A DNA stretch of 39,725 nt, taken from Candidatus Micrarchaeota archaeon. Lineage in GTDB: Archaea; B1Sed10-29. The notes beneath the pieces were generated by a model. It saw only the letters and a list, made by a program, of their open reading frames with translations. It was not told the DNA's origin and ran no database searches. Each line of letters starts with the position of its first letter. The first letter of the stretch is position 1. Positions 1-10,486 of the stretch are shown in pieces. The translations under genes and the position numbers were made by a program. The stretch is taken from contig CAZOFO010000005.1 in NCBI GenBank assembly GCA_964579265.1, positions 2,390 through 42,114 on the forward strand. Direction: 5' to 3'.

Positions 1-4
1 CAAA

Positions 5-325
5 ATGAGGATAGATGCAGTCACAAATAGACACCATGACGCCAGATGGATAATAAACAAATCAGTAGAAGAGGCACTAGAAGAAGAATATGAAAATTGC
101 ACAAAAGCTGCAGAAATGGTGGAAGAGAATTTAGAAAGCGCTTTACAAAATAACAACATGAACGAAGGACCTGTAAATTTCTATACAGATGAAGATGATA
201 TAAGGACTCTGCACGAAGAGTACTGCCCAGATAAGTTCATCCTTGAAGTAGAATATACCGTAGAATCAGAAGATGAAAGCGTAAGAAAAAAAGAATATTT
301 CTTAAGGAACTACACACATCCTTAG
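5..325 (+). CDS. Hypothetical acidic protein; may extend upstream of the window (5' partial)
   Basis: ORF is open in frame from the window start and shows coding-like periodicity. No recognisable motif. Confidence 0.35.
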   Translation: MRIDAVTNRHHDARWIINKSVEEALEEEYENCTKAAEMVEENLESALQNNNMNEGPVNFYTDEDDIRTLHEEYCPDKFILEVEYTVESEDESVRKKEYFLRNYTHP

Positions 326-417
326 GAAGAAAAAATAAAAACTTTTAACTTTTTCTAACTCAATTAATTAGAAATAAAGACATAAAGAAAAATTACTATT
401 TTTTATACAGAAATACT

Positions 418-750
418 ATGAATAAATCACTCTACTTTTCCCTAACAATAGCTCTCACAGGTCTAATTATACTTCACTTTCTACCTGCCTCCAATTATGA
501 AGAGAAAACTTTAAAAGAACTTGATCAAGGATGTGAAGGAAAAATAGAAACAGAGGGAAAAATTATAAACACTTTTAGATCTGAAAAAGGAAACAGAATA
601 GGAATAATAATAGAAGGAGAATATAAAGCTCTTACAATGCTTCCAGAAGATAAAAAAATCGAAGAAAACCATGTAAAAATAAGAGGAGAAGCTTCTAAGT
701 ACAGAGAACAGTGCTTTATATTTCCAGATAGGATTAAAACAAAAAAATAA
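418..750 (+). CDS. Small protein with an N-terminal signal or TM anchor and a β-rich, OB-fold-like C-terminal part; hypothetical
   Basis: Hydrophobic N-terminus LYFSLTIALTGLIILHF followed by a mixed-charge globular region. AT-rich upstream spacer. Confidence 0.4.
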   Translation: MNKSLYFSLTIALTGLIILHFLPASNYEEKTLKELDQGCEGKIETEGKIINTFRSEKGNRIGIIIEGEYKALTMLPEDKKIEENHVKIRGEASKYREQCFIFPDRIKTKK

Positions 751-752
751 AG

Positions 753-1883
753 ATGATATATCTAACGATAATAGGAACTATCACCGGAACTCTCCTTGGA
801 TTAGTACCTGGAATACATCCAAACAACATCGCTCCTTTACTAATAACACTGCCTTTAATTGAAGAAAAAATAACAGTATTCGCGGCTTCTGCAACAGCCA
901 GCTTCACGCTATCTTCCCACATTCCCTCGATACTGATAGGATCACCTTCAGGAGAAGATCTATCAGTTCTCCCAGGACACAAACTAACAAGAAAAGGAAG
1001 AGGAATAACCGCGATATACCTGACTCTAAAGGGATCGCTAATAGCCATTACAATGGCTCCCGTGATAGGGTTATCCTACCTACTATTCTCAAAAAAACTA
1101 TACCCTTCACTATCGATCTTAATACCTTTTTTCCTCGTAATAATCACAGTATCAATGATCAAAAACAAAAAATCATTATTAGTAGTGATAATGGCTACAT
1201 TTCTAGGAATCTCAGCACTAGAAGACGCTACAATAATGCCAATGCTAACAGGACTATTCGGAATAAGCACCTTAATAACTTCTCTAAAAATGGATAAAAA
1301 AATAAAAAAACAAAAGATAAAACCAATTGCAAAGACAAAAAACTGGAAAACAACCAGATCAGCAACCCTCTCAACCATACTATCAAGCATCTTAGGGATA
1401 ATACCAGCAGTATCAAGCGCACTATCAGCCACAATAGGGAAAAAACTAGGGAAAATGAATAAAGAAGAATACTTAGCCTTCATAGGAGCCTCAAACACCA
1501 CCTACAACATAGCATCTTTCCTAGCACTGATATACCTAGGGAAAACTAGATCAGGCACCACCGTAGCGCTTTCCTCAATAAAATATCCGGAATCACCATT
1601 ACTAATCATAACAGCTATAATGACCTCAACAGCAATATCCTACATACTACTAAGAAAAAATCTACATATAATAGCAAAATTCTTTAACAGAATAAACCAC
1701 AAAAAAACATCATTAATAGCAATAATTCTTCTAATAGCACTAAACCTATTCCTAACAAACCTGAAAGGAATGATAGTACTCATAACCTCCACAGCAATAG
1801 GTATAACTACAATAAAACTAAAAGTTCCTAGAATAAACAATATGTCCTGTCTAACTATACCTACAGCATTATTACTAATATAA
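753..1883 (+). CDS. Polytopic integral membrane protein, possibly a TctA/DUF112-like transporter
   Basis: 376 aa with more than eight hydrophobic segments. The two halves each carry a G-x-x-PG-style motif (GLVPGIHPNN and LGIIPAVSSALSATIG), reminiscent of DUF112/TctA. Family assignment is from memory only. Confidence 0.45.
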   Translation: MIYLTIIGTITGTLLGLVPGIHPNNIAPLLITLPLIEEKITVFAASATASFTLSSHIPSILIGSPSGEDLSVLPGHKLTRKGRGITAIYLTLKGSLIAITMAPVIGLSYLLFSKKLYPSLSILIPFFLVIITVSMIKNKKSLLVVIMATFLGISALEDATIMPMLTGLFGISTLITSLKMDKKIKKQKIKPIAKTKNWKTTRSATLSTILSSILGIIPAVSSALSATIGKKLGKMNKEEYLAFIGASNTTYNIASFLALIYLGKTRSGTTVALSSIKYPESPLLIITAIMTSTAISYILLRKNLHIIAKFFNRINHKKTSLIAIILLIALNLFLTNLKGMIVLITSTAIGITTIKLKVPRINNMSCLTIPTALLLI

Positions 1884-1938
1884 AAGACTAAAAAAACTAT
1901 ACCCCTAGATAAATTAATCATAAAACACCAATTAAACT

Positions 1939-2325
1939 ATGGGAAAAATAAAGATCAAAGAAGAAACACTGGAAGACATGCTTCAAATCTCAAAAGAAGC
2001 ACACCCATTAGAAACAGGAGGCATAATGCTGGGTAAAAACCATGTAAACGACTTCGTTCTAATACCAGGAGAATTCACACCAAGAAGCGTACGGATAAAA
2101 CTAAACCAAATGCCGATTTACGTGAACAAAAAAGGAACATTCCACAGTCACCCTTCTCCTCATCCAAATCCATCAAAAGCTGACCAATCATTCTTCTCAA
2201 CAATGGGAAAATACCACTTAATAATAGCAAAGCCATACAAAAAAGAATCCACAAGAGCATACAACAATAGAGGAGAAGAAATCAAAATAGAAATAATTCA
2301 AGACAAAGAACAAAAAACAGATTAA
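1939..2325 (+). CDS. JAMM/MPN+ metalloprotease (Mov34-family, deubiquitinase or SAMP-deconjugase-like)
   Basis: Perfect JAMM motif H-S-H-P-x7-S-x2-D (HSHPSPHPNPSKAD) preceded by a conserved Glu (ETGGIMLG). Confidence 0.8.
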   Translation: MGKIKIKEETLEDMLQISKEAHPLETGGIMLGKNHVNDFVLIPGEFTPRSVRIKLNQMPIYVNKKGTFHSHPSPHPNPSKADQSFFSTMGKYHLIIAKPYKKESTRAYNNRGEEIKIEIIQDKEQKTD

Positions 2326-2361
2326 AAAAGAAACATAAAACAAAACAAAGAGAGGAATAAG

Positions 2362-3630
2362 ATGAAACAAAAAACAACAATATTATTCACAGTTCTCGAT
2401 GGAGCAGCAGGAAGAGAAAATCCTGAATTAAATGGAAAAACAGCACTAGAAGCAGCAAAAACTCCTGCTCTCGACAGGATAGCTAAAAATGGAGAAACAG
2501 GGATGATGACAGTCATACCTGACACAGCTCCTGAAAGCGACTCCGCAGTACTTTCCCTACTAGGATACGATCCAGAAAAATACTATACAGGGAGAGGACC
2601 TCTCGAAGCAATAGGGGCCGGAATGAAATATCAAGATGGAGAACTAGCATTAAGATGCAACTACGCCACAATAAAAGAAGAAAAAGAGAACTTGATAGAT
2701 AGAAGAGTAGCACGTTCTCTGACAAAAAGAGAAACAGAAGAACTTGAAAAGATAATAAATCAGGAAATAGAACTAGAAAACGCAGAATTTAGATTCAAAT
2801 CAACCCAACAACATAGAGCAGCACTAGTGATAAAAGACAAAGATGAAAAGACTCTCAGCCCACGCATCACCAATACAGATCCCGCCTACGATAGAAAAGG
2901 ACTGATCTCAATAGCAAAAGAAGAATACAAACCGGAAATAAAAGAATGCGAAGCAAAAGAACCAGAAGCTAAAAGATCAGCAGAACTAGTAAATGAATTC
3001 ACTGAAAAAGCAATAAAAGCACTAGAAAACACCAAAATAAATGAAAAAAGAGAAAAAGAAGGAAAAATGAAAGCCAATGCAATTATAACGAGAGATGCAG
3101 GTTCAAAAAAACCTGAAGTATCTACATTAGAAGATCAATATGGGTTGAAATATAGTCTATTAGCAAACATGCCTCTAGAAAGAGGGATAGCAGAAATATC
3201 AGGAATGAAAACAGTCAAGATAAATGAAGAAGAGGATTACGAGGAATGGTTAAAGAAAACACTCGAAGCAACAGAAGAAAATGACTTCGTATACATTCAC
3301 TTGAAAGGTCCTGATCTACCGGGACACGATGGAAAACCAGTTAAGAAGAAAGAAAAAATAGAAGAAATAGATCAAGAATACTACTCGGAACTTCTGGAAC
3401 AGATAAATCTTAACAACACCATCATAATCGTAACATCCGATCATTCAACACCATGTACCATGGAAACACACACAAGCGACCCAGTACCAATAGCAATATC
3501 TCATCCAGCGCTTTCAGGAAAAGCAATGAAATTCAATGAGAAAGAAGCAGAAAAAGGAACACTAAAAATACCTAGAGCAACTCTACTAATGCCTTACCTT
3601 ATCAGGATATACAACGGAATACAGAAATAA
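2362..3630 (+). CDS. apgM: Archaeal-type cofactor-independent phosphoglycerate mutase (ApgM family)
   Basis: N-terminal LFTVLDGAAGRENPELNGKTALEAAKTPALDRIA…GMM and a C-terminal metal-binding TSDHSTP motif; 422 aa. Preceded by GAGAGGAATAAG and then the ATG. Confidence 0.85.
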   Translation: MKQKTTILFTVLDGAAGRENPELNGKTALEAAKTPALDRIAKNGETGMMTVIPDTAPESDSAVLSLLGYDPEKYYTGRGPLEAIGAGMKYQDGELALRCNYATIKEEKENLIDRRVARSLTKRETEELEKIINQEIELENAEFRFKSTQQHRAALVIKDKDEKTLSPRITNTDPAYDRKGLISIAKEEYKPEIKECEAKEPEAKRSAELVNEFTEKAIKALENTKINEKREKEGKMKANAIITRDAGSKKPEVSTLEDQYGLKYSLLANMPLERGIAEISGMKTVKINEEEDYEEWLKKTLEATEENDFVYIHLKGPDLPGHDGKPVKKKEKIEEIDQEYYSELLEQINLNNTIIIVTSDHSTPCTMETHTSDPVPIAISHPALSGKAMKFNEKEAEKGTLKIPRATLLMPYLIRIYNGIQK

Positions 3631-3659
3631 GAAAAAAATACGAATAAAGGTTTAACAAA

Positions 3660-4307
3660 ATGACTGAAAGATGGGAAAAGTACTACAGCAATCTAGATAA
3701 GATACCAGAAGGTATAAAGAAACCTAGAAACTACGTCAAAAGATTTGCAGAAAAACTGAAAGAAGAAGGAAAAACAAATATACTCGACTTAGGATGTGGA
3801 TTTGGCAGACACTTGATCTACTTAGCTGAACAGGGATTCAACGTCAAAGGAATAGATATATCACAAGAAGCAGTAGAAATGACAAATAAAAGATTAAGAG
3901 AGAAAAATTTAAATGCCAAAGTTCTGCAAAGAGATATGAAAGATCTTCCCTTCCAAGATCAAGAATTCGACGCAGTACTAGCGATAACAGTGATAGGTCA
4001 TGCTACCAAACCAGAAATAAACCAAACCGTTGATGAATTGTATAGAGTTATGAAACCAGGAGGAGTATTCTACGGGAATGTATCATCTAAAAACGATTCA
4101 AGATACAAAACAGGTCAAGAGATAGAACCAGGAGAAACTTACAGAACAAAAGAATACGGATACGGAAGAGGGATAAGAGAAATACATAGTTTCTACACTG
4201 AAGAAGAAATAAGAAAGCTTTTCCAAGAATTTGAAGATGTCGATATAAATCTTCTTAAATTCAAAGGTGGGGAAATACAGAGTTACAAGATAATAGCAGA
4301 AAAATAA
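3660..4307 (+). CDS. Class I SAM-dependent methyltransferase
   Basis: Motif I LDLGCGFGRH, a downstream acidic-loop motif (GIDIS) and motif-IV-like MKPGGVF. Confidence 0.75.
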   Translation: MTERWEKYYSNLDKIPEGIKKPRNYVKRFAEKLKEEGKTNILDLGCGFGRHLIYLAEQGFNVKGIDISQEAVEMTNKRLREKNLNAKVLQRDMKDLPFQDQEFDAVLAITVIGHATKPEINQTVDELYRVMKPGGVFYGNVSSKNDSRYKTGQEIEPGETYRTKEYGYGRGIREIHSFYTEEEIRKLFQEFEDVDINLLKFKGGEIQSYKIIAEK

Positions 4308-4324
4308 ACCTATAGTTCTAAGAT

Positions 4325-6094
4325 TTAATTAGTCGTATAGTAATACTCTCCTTTCTCCTTTTGTTCTTTATCCTTCTGAGAATCTTTTTTATTTATCCTT
4401 GGCCTACCTGTACGTGGCTCTCTCCTCATTGTTATACTCATCTTTTCAAGGAACTTACTCATTCCTCTCTTCATATCAACAGGAGATTCAGCTCTTCCTC
4501 TCTCCCCAGGTTCGCCTGTGAATCTCATCAATCTATTCGAAACCATGTCTTGGAACAATAGATCATGATCAACAACTAATACAGATGTTCCTCTATCTTC
4601 AGCAGCTCTTTTTATAGTCTTAGAGACTTCTAACCTCTTTTCAATATCTAGGAAAGCTGAAGGTTCATCCAGCAAGCATAGATCAGATTTTTTACCAAGT
4701 GCGATAGATATTGCTACTCTTTGTTTCTCTCCTCCGGAAAGCTCTCCAAGTTTCTTAGGATATAGATCTTCAACTATGTTTTTTAATCTAGAGTTAAAGA
4801 GTTTCTTATCTAGATTCTCCTGCATTGCTATGAATTGCTCGACATTCAAACTTTCCTTTGAATCAAAATCTATGTATTGGGGTTTATACGATATTTCTGC
4901 ATCTATATCCAGTTCTCTATCTTCAGGTTCTTCTTCACCGGCTAGAACCTTTACAAAAGTAGTTTTACCTATTGCGTTTTCACCTATTACTCCTATTACT
5001 TCTCCTTTTTTTATCTCTCCTTTCTCAGTTTCTAATTCGAATTCCGGGAATCTCTTTTCAAAAGAAGGATAAACTATAGATTCTTCTCCTTTGTAATGTG
5101 TTGAAGGTGGTTTAGTTTCGAATTTTATCTCATTCGGTCTTATCCTAGTATTTTCCTTTTCTAGGAAACCTTCTAAAAATTGATTAATTCCTTTTCTACT
5201 TGATTTGAGGCTGGAGACAGCACCGTAAACACCTGGTTCTCCGTATAGAACATATATGTAATCAGTAAGGTAATCTAGAATTGCTAGATCGTGTTCAACT
5301 ATCATTACTTTTTTATCTTTTCCTAGTTCTCTTATTATTTCAGCTGCATTAATCCTCTGCTTTATATCCAGATAACTTGAAGGTTCATCTATGAAGTAAA
5401 GATCAGCTTCTTTTAATATAGTGGCTCCTATAGCTATTCTCTGTAGTTCTCCTCCAGATACATCTTTTATATTTCTATTCCAACACTTTTCCAAGCTTAA
5501 TTTTCTCTTAATTCTATCAAGTTCTTCTCCTTTTTCATTAACTTCTTCCAGTAATTTAGATACTTTTCCGTTGTGAGCTTTAGGTATTGAAGTAACTTCT
5601 TGGGGCTTGTAAGATGTTTTTAGTTCTCCGGATCTTACTTTTTTGAAATATTCATGGAGTTCTGTACCTTTGAATTTATCCATTATCTCTTCCCATTCAA
5701 TTTCTTCATTATACTTTCCAAGATTAGGTTTTAAATTTCCTGAAAGGATCTTAACAAGAGTTGATTTACCTATTGCGTTAGGACCTATCAATCCCACTAC
5801 ACCTTCTCTAGGTGTTGGAACTCCATATACCCTGAAATCATTCATCCCGTATCTATGGGTTGGTTCACCTACTTCTTCAGGTTTGTTTATTATAGATATA
5901 GCTCCAAAAGGACACTTTTTAACACAGATCCCGCATCCTGTACATAGTTCTTCATCTATCTCCGCTATAGTCTTTCCTTCGTTTAAAGTAATGCAGTCCT
6001 CCCCTTGTCTATTCACAGGACAGTACTTTATACACTCGTAACTACATTTCTCAGGATTACATTTTTCTTCATCCACTACAGCTATTCTGGACAT
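4325..6094 (-). CDS. abce1: ABCE1 / RNase L inhibitor (ribosome-recycling ABC ATPase with an N-terminal 4Fe-4S domain)
   Basis: N-terminal Cys-rich FeS domain (CNPEKCSYECIKYCP…CTGCGICVKKCPFGAI). Two ABC cassettes with Walker A GPNAIGKST and GENAIGKTT and the signature LSGGELQR / LSGGEKQR. Confidence 0.95.
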   Translation of the reverse strand: MSRIAVVDEEKCNPEKCSYECIKYCPVNRQGEDCITLNEGKTIAEIDEELCTGCGICVKKCPFGAISIINKPEEVGEPTHRYGMNDFRVYGVPTPREGVVGLIGPNAIGKSTLVKILSGNLKPNLGKYNEEIEWEEIMDKFKGTELHEYFKKVRSGELKTSYKPQEVTSIPKAHNGKVSKLLEEVNEKGEELDRIKRKLSLEKCWNRNIKDVSGGELQRIAIGATILKEADLYFIDEPSSYLDIKQRINAAEIIRELGKDKKVMIVEHDLAILDYLTDYIYVLYGEPGVYGAVSSLKSSRKGINQFLEGFLEKENTRIRPNEIKFETKPPSTHYKGEESIVYPSFEKRFPEFELETEKGEIKKGEVIGVIGENAIGKTTFVKVLAGEEEPEDRELDIDAEISYKPQYIDFDSKESLNVEQFIAMQENLDKKLFNSRLKNIVEDLYPKKLGELSGGEKQRVAISIALGKKSDLCLLDEPSAFLDIEKRLEVSKTIKRAAEDRGTSVLVVDHDLLFQDMVSNRLMRFTGEPGERGRAESPVDMKRGMSKFLEKMSITMRREPRTGRPRINKKDSQKDKEQKEKGEYYYTTN

Positions 6095-6178
6095 TTACAA
6101 ACACTCTTTTATTTCTTAAACATTCTAAGGTATTTCTAATAAAAAATAATTAGTTAAAAGAGTTAGAAATCTTTTTTT

Positions 6179-6415
6179 CTACAGCCAGAGTAGAAGTATT
6201 CCTATAACGAACAGGAAGATTCCCAACAGTATTATTCCACCTTGGATAGTCACTATTATTGCTGCTATTAATCCTTCCATGGTCCAAGTTTTTCCCATGA
6301 AGAAGAAATGTAGCATCCCGACTATGATTAAGATTCCTGCTAAAAGGCTTCCCAGTCCAAATTTATCTATCTCCATTCCAATGAACCTCCTGTGAAAGTT
6401 TTTAAAGTATTTCAA
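6179..6415 (-). CDS. Small two-TM membrane protein, hypothetical
   Basis: 78 aa with two long hydrophobic helices. It sits between ABCE1 and Pelota. Confidence 0.35.
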   Translation of the reverse strand: MKYFKNFHRRFIGMEIDKFGLGSLLAGILIIVGMLHFFFMGKTWTMEGLIAAIIVTIQGGIILLGIFLFVIGILLLWL

Positions 6416-6481
6416 CTTCAGTACTTTTTATCCGACTCCATCTATTTTAAACTACTCTTCCGTTAAATAACTTACATTAAA

Positions 6482-7525
6482 GTGATTAGAATGTTCATCA
6501 TACACAGGGAAGAAAACAAGATCAAACTCAAGCCAGAGTCAATCGAAGACCTCTGGCACCTTGAAAAAATCATAAAAAAAGGCGACAGAGTTAGAACGCT
6601 TACAGAAAGAAAAAGAGAAGAAAAATCAGAAACATTCAGGGAGAAAATGAAGCTAACCTTAGAAGTAGAAAAGACGGAGTTCCATAAAGACTACAGTGCA
6701 TTAAAAATACTTGGAACAATACAGGAAGGACCGGAAGACAAGATATCGCTTGGATCACATCATTCCTTCAAGATAAATGAAAGAGAAGTGCTTACAATAG
6801 AGAAAAAAGAAGGATGGAAAAAACACGAACTGGAAAGATTAAAACAAGCTAGAGAAGAATCAAAACAACCTAAAATAACTATAACCATAATGGATGAGAG
6901 AGAAGCGGAAGTATTCACCGTAAAATCCTACGGTTTAGAGAAAAAAGCAAAGATCAGCCTACCTGGAAAAGGTAAATATAAAGGAGAAGACCACGGTGAA
7001 AAAGGAAAGTACTACAAAGAAATAACAGGAGTCCTAAAAGAAACCGAAACAGATAAATACATAGCAGCAGGACCAGGTTTCGAAGCAGATAACTACCTAA
7101 AATACTTGGAAGAAAATGAAAAAGACATAAAAGAAAAAACTACAAGATTAAAAACAAATAACACTGGAGAAAACGGAGTATTCGAATTAATGAAACAAGG
7201 AAAAGTAGATAGAATACTTGAAAAATCCAGATTAAAAAAAGAAACAAAAGCAATAGATCAATTAATGAAACACATATCCAAAGAACAAGGAAAAGCAACA
7301 TACGGGAAACAAGAAGTAAAAAAAGCAATCAAATACGGAGCAGTTGAAAAATTACTGGTTACAGAAGAAAAACTATTTGGAGAAGAGAAAGAAATCAATG
7401 AATTAATGGAGAAAACAGAGCAGAAAAACGGAGAAGTTACAGTAATATCTGGAGAAAATCCAGAATCAGAAAAAATAGAGTCATTAGGAGGAATAGCAGC
7501 AATACTGAGGTACAAAATAGAATAA
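6482..7525 (+). CDS. pelA: Pelota / Dom34 ribosome-rescue factor
   Basis: N-terminus MIRMFIIHREENKIKLKPESIEDLWHLEKIIKKGDRV matches the Pelota N-domain pattern (…PE..DDLW.L…GD.V). It runs 347 aa and has an eRF1-like central and C-terminal architecture. Confidence 0.85.
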   Translation: MIRMFIIHREENKIKLKPESIEDLWHLEKIIKKGDRVRTLTERKREEKSETFREKMKLTLEVEKTEFHKDYSALKILGTIQEGPEDKISLGSHHSFKINEREVLTIEKKEGWKKHELERLKQAREESKQPKITITIMDEREAEVFTVKSYGLEKKAKISLPGKGKYKGEDHGEKGKYYKEITGVLKETETDKYIAAGPGFEADNYLKYLEENEKDIKEKTTRLKTNNTGENGVFELMKQGKVDRILEKSRLKKETKAIDQLMKHISKEQGKATYGKQEVKKAIKYGAVEKLLVTEEKLFGEEKEINELMEKTEQKNGEVTVISGENPESEKIESLGGIAAILRYKIE

Positions 7526-7645
7526 AGTCAAGAATTTTACTCTGATTTAGATAAGACTTCAGAATCTCATCCAAATCGAGTTCATTTATCCTATCTAGAA
7601 TTCTTCAGATCTTTTACTGATCATATTAAACTATATTTCCAACTA

Positions 7646-8605
7646 TTACTTCCCTTTTACAACCAGTTGAGACATCAGTGATTCCAGCTGAATCCTCTCG
7701 TTTGCTCCTTCTGTTAACCTGAAGTCACATTCCCCTATTGAATCAACTATCTCAACTTTATCCTCTTCAGAAAGATCATCGTGCTTCATCACTTCATTAT
7801 ATAGCTGTATTATCACGTCTTCACCACTCATACCGTATTTGTATAGTAAATCATCCAGGTTATCTCTAGCTTCCAGAAAATCACCATTTAGAGAAAGATC
7901 TATAAGTTTCTTTATCTCTTCAGGCCTTGCTCTAGAAGCTACTTTGTATATATCTTTTTCTTGTATTTCATCTTTAGTAGTGCTAGCTGTCTGCAGGTAA
8001 TTGATAGCTTTCCTCATATCTCCTTCAGAGGTATATACTAAAGCTTCATAGGCATCTTCCTTCACTTTCAACCCTTCTTCCTTTGCTATGTACTCCAATC
8101 TTTCTATTATTTTTTCTTCATTTAAAGGATTGAATCTGAAAAGAGCACATCTAGACTGTATTGGCGGTATTATCTTACTGCCGTAGTTACCAGTTAATAT
8201 GAATCTAGTGCTCTCTGTATAGTTTTCCATAGTTCTTCTCAAAGCATTCTGAGCATCTGAAGTAAGGGAGTCAGCTTCATCAAGGAAAATAAGTTTGAAA
8301 CCGATCTCACCGTAAGGTTGAGTTGCGGCAAAATCCTTTATCTTACCACGTATAATATCTATTCCTCTTTCATCACTAGCGTTCAATTCAAGAAAGTTTT
8401 CTTCAAAATTATCTTTAAATAATTCATGGCCAATAGCCAGAGCCGAAGCTGTTTTACCTGTTCCAGCAGGTCCTGTGAAGAGCAAACTAGGCATATTGTT
8501 CTTCTCAACATAAGCCTTCAATCTATCGATTATATCGTCATGACCCACTACATCTTCAAGCTTTTCAGGCCTGTATTTCTCGGTCCAGGGTAACTCAATC
8601 GCCAT
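7646..8605 (-). CDS. rfcS: Replication factor C small subunit
   Basis: PWTEKYRP…LEDVVGHDD, Walker A GPAGTGKT, DEAD-like FLDEAD, SRC-like motif IQSRCALFRF; 319 aa. Confidence 0.9.
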   Translation of the reverse strand: MAIELPWTEKYRPEKLEDVVGHDDIIDRLKAYVEKNNMPSLLFTGPAGTGKTASALAIGHELFKDNFEENFLELNASDERGIDIIRGKIKDFAATQPYGEIGFKLIFLDEADSLTSDAQNALRRTMENYTESTRFILTGNYGSKIIPPIQSRCALFRFNPLNEEKIIERLEYIAKEEGLKVKEDAYEALVYTSEGDMRKAINYLQTASTTKDEIQEKDIYKVASRARPEEIKKLIDLSLNGDFLEARDNLDDLLYKYGMSGEDVIIQLYNEVMKHDDLSEEDKVEIVDSIGECDFRLTEGANERIQLESLMSQLVVKGK

Positions 8606-8739
8606 AAACTAACATCTCCATTTAAACTTGACTGGAAGTTCTCCAGATTCGGACACTAATAATTAATAATTCCCGTGATTAATAAGAATAACAGCACCAA
8701 TAAAAAACCAAGAAACAGATTCAACACAAAATAGAAAAA

Positions 8740-9057
8740 GTGAATAAAATGATTGAAAACATGATGCTCGGTGAAATACTTATAGTGATTTCAGGGATAT
8801 TCCTAGGATATATCTTCCCTGACTTAGTAGATGAAACAGGTTTAGACTCAGAAATAAGCTACTCGATAATACCTGTAATAATACTAGGACTACTTCCAAT
8901 ACTATCCTACGCTACCAGGGAGCTATGGTTCCATGGAGAATTTTCCATCGCAGGATTAGAAGGATTCACAGAAACCATTTTCCTCTGGATGACAGTGACC
9001 TTACTTATAGGAGGATTCATAAGGATAGCCCAACACTACCTCCTTAAAAATAGATAA
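8740..9057 (+). CDS. Small membrane protein, hypothetical
   Basis: 105 aa with three hydrophobic segments. Confidence 0.35.
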   Translation: MNKMIENMMLGEILIVISGIFLGYIFPDLVDETGLDSEISYSIIPVIILGLLPILSYATRELWFHGEFSIAGLEGFTETIFLWMTVTLLIGGFIRIAQHYLLKNR

Positions 9058-9094
9058 ATAACATCTATTCTCTAAATTCTAAGAAGAGATATCT

Positions 9095-10402
9095 ATGAAA
9101 GTAGCTATAGACACTTACGGATGTACCAGGAACAAGTCAGACGAAGAACTCATAAAAGGACAGATAGAAAAGGATGAAAAACTGGAAGAAACCAAGGATA
9201 TAGACGAAGCAGACACAGTGATTCTAAACACGTGCGGAGTGAAGAATAAGACACAATCAAAGATGATAAACCGCCTTAAAAGATACAGAAAAAAAGGAAA
9301 AAAAGTACTAGTAACCGGTTGCTTACCAAGAATAAATACAGAGATACTCGAAGAACACGAAGCAGCCATGACCGATCCCAATACTATAGAAAAGATTCCT
9401 GAAGCCCTTGAAAAAATTAAAAAAGGAAAAAAACCAGTATATACAAGCGAAAAACGTGGAAATAAACTAGAAGAGAAAAAGAAAATTAGAAAAGGAATAA
9501 CAGGGATATTACCAATAGCCGAAGGCTGCCTGGGAAACTGCAGCTACTGTGGAGTAAAAAAAGCCAGAGGAAACCTCTACAGCTACCCGGAAAACTCCAT
9601 AATAGAGGAAATAAAAAGATTAATTCAAAAAGGAAAAAAACAGATATACCTAACAAGCCAGGATACAGGGTGCTACGGACTGGATAAAAAAGATACAAAT
9701 CTTCCAAAACTAATACGGAAAATAACTGAAATAGATGAAGAATTCAAACTTAGAATAGGAATGATGAATCCAGAACACCTGAAAAAACAGGAAAGAAGAA
9801 AAGAACTAATAAAATCGATGAAAAACCCTAAAATATACAAATTTATACACTTACCGATCCAGTCAGGATCGAATAAAGTTCTGAAGGATATGAACAGGAA
9901 ATACACTGTAGAAGAATTCAAAAAAATAGCAGGAGATCTTGAAAAAAATATAAAGGAACTAAATCTCGCTACAGATATAATAGTAGGTTACCCCACTGAA
10001 AAAGAAAAACACTTTCAAGAGACTATAAAACTAATAAAAGAGATAAAACCAGATGTTACAAATATCTCCAGGTTTCACCCGAGGCCGAACACTGAAGCAG
10101 AAAAACTAGAACCACACAATAGCCAAGTACTCAAAAAAAGATCAAAGAAACTATCACAAATAACTCAAAAAATAAGCAAAAATAAGAATAAACAGTATAT
10201 AGACAAAGAAAAAGAAGTAATGATCACAGAATTAACAAAAAATAAAATCACAGCACGAACGAATAATTACAAGAAAGTAAGAATACAAGAAAACAAAGAA
10301 AAAGATAAAAACCAATTAAAAGAACTGGAAAAAGGAAATAAAATAAAAGTAAACGTGATAAGTGTTGGTTCAAGAGGACTAAAAGGAGAAATAGTTAAAT
10401 AA
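9095..10402 (+). CDS. Radical-SAM methylthiotransferase, archaeal e-MtaB / CDKAL1-like (MiaB family)
   Basis: N-terminal MTTase domain (IDTYGCTRNKSDEE…NTCGV), radical-SAM CxxxCxxC (GCLGNCSYCGV) and a C-terminal TRAM-like region. Lys-rich insertions throughout. Confidence 0.85.
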   Translation: MKVAIDTYGCTRNKSDEELIKGQIEKDEKLEETKDIDEADTVILNTCGVKNKTQSKMINRLKRYRKKGKKVLVTGCLPRINTEILEEHEAAMTDPNTIEKIPEALEKIKKGKKPVYTSEKRGNKLEEKKKIRKGITGILPIAEGCLGNCSYCGVKKARGNLYSYPENSIIEEIKRLIQKGKKQIYLTSQDTGCYGLDKKDTNLPKLIRKITEIDEEFKLRIGMMNPEHLKKQERRKELIKSMKNPKIYKFIHLPIQSGSNKVLKDMNRKYTVEEFKKIAGDLEKNIKELNLATDIIVGYPTEKEKHFQETIKLIKEIKPDVTNISRFHPRPNTEAEKLEPHNSQVLKKRSKKLSQITQKISKNKNKQYIDKEKEVMITELTKNKITARTNNYKKVRIQENKEKDKNQLKELEKGNKIKVNVISVGSRGLKGEIVK

Positions 10403-10486
10403 AAACTAATTGAATAAGAGAACACAGAGAAAGAAAAAGAAACAAGACACCAATTAATAAATACTTTAATAAACCCTATTTTATAC

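Noticed and set aside
734-1501. Minus-strand ORFs 734-1048 and 1076-1501 overlapping the 753-1883 membrane-protein gene
   Set aside because: The plus-strand frame gives a coherent polytopic membrane protein with duplicated G-x-x-PG motifs. The antisense ORFs lack features and overlap it entirely.
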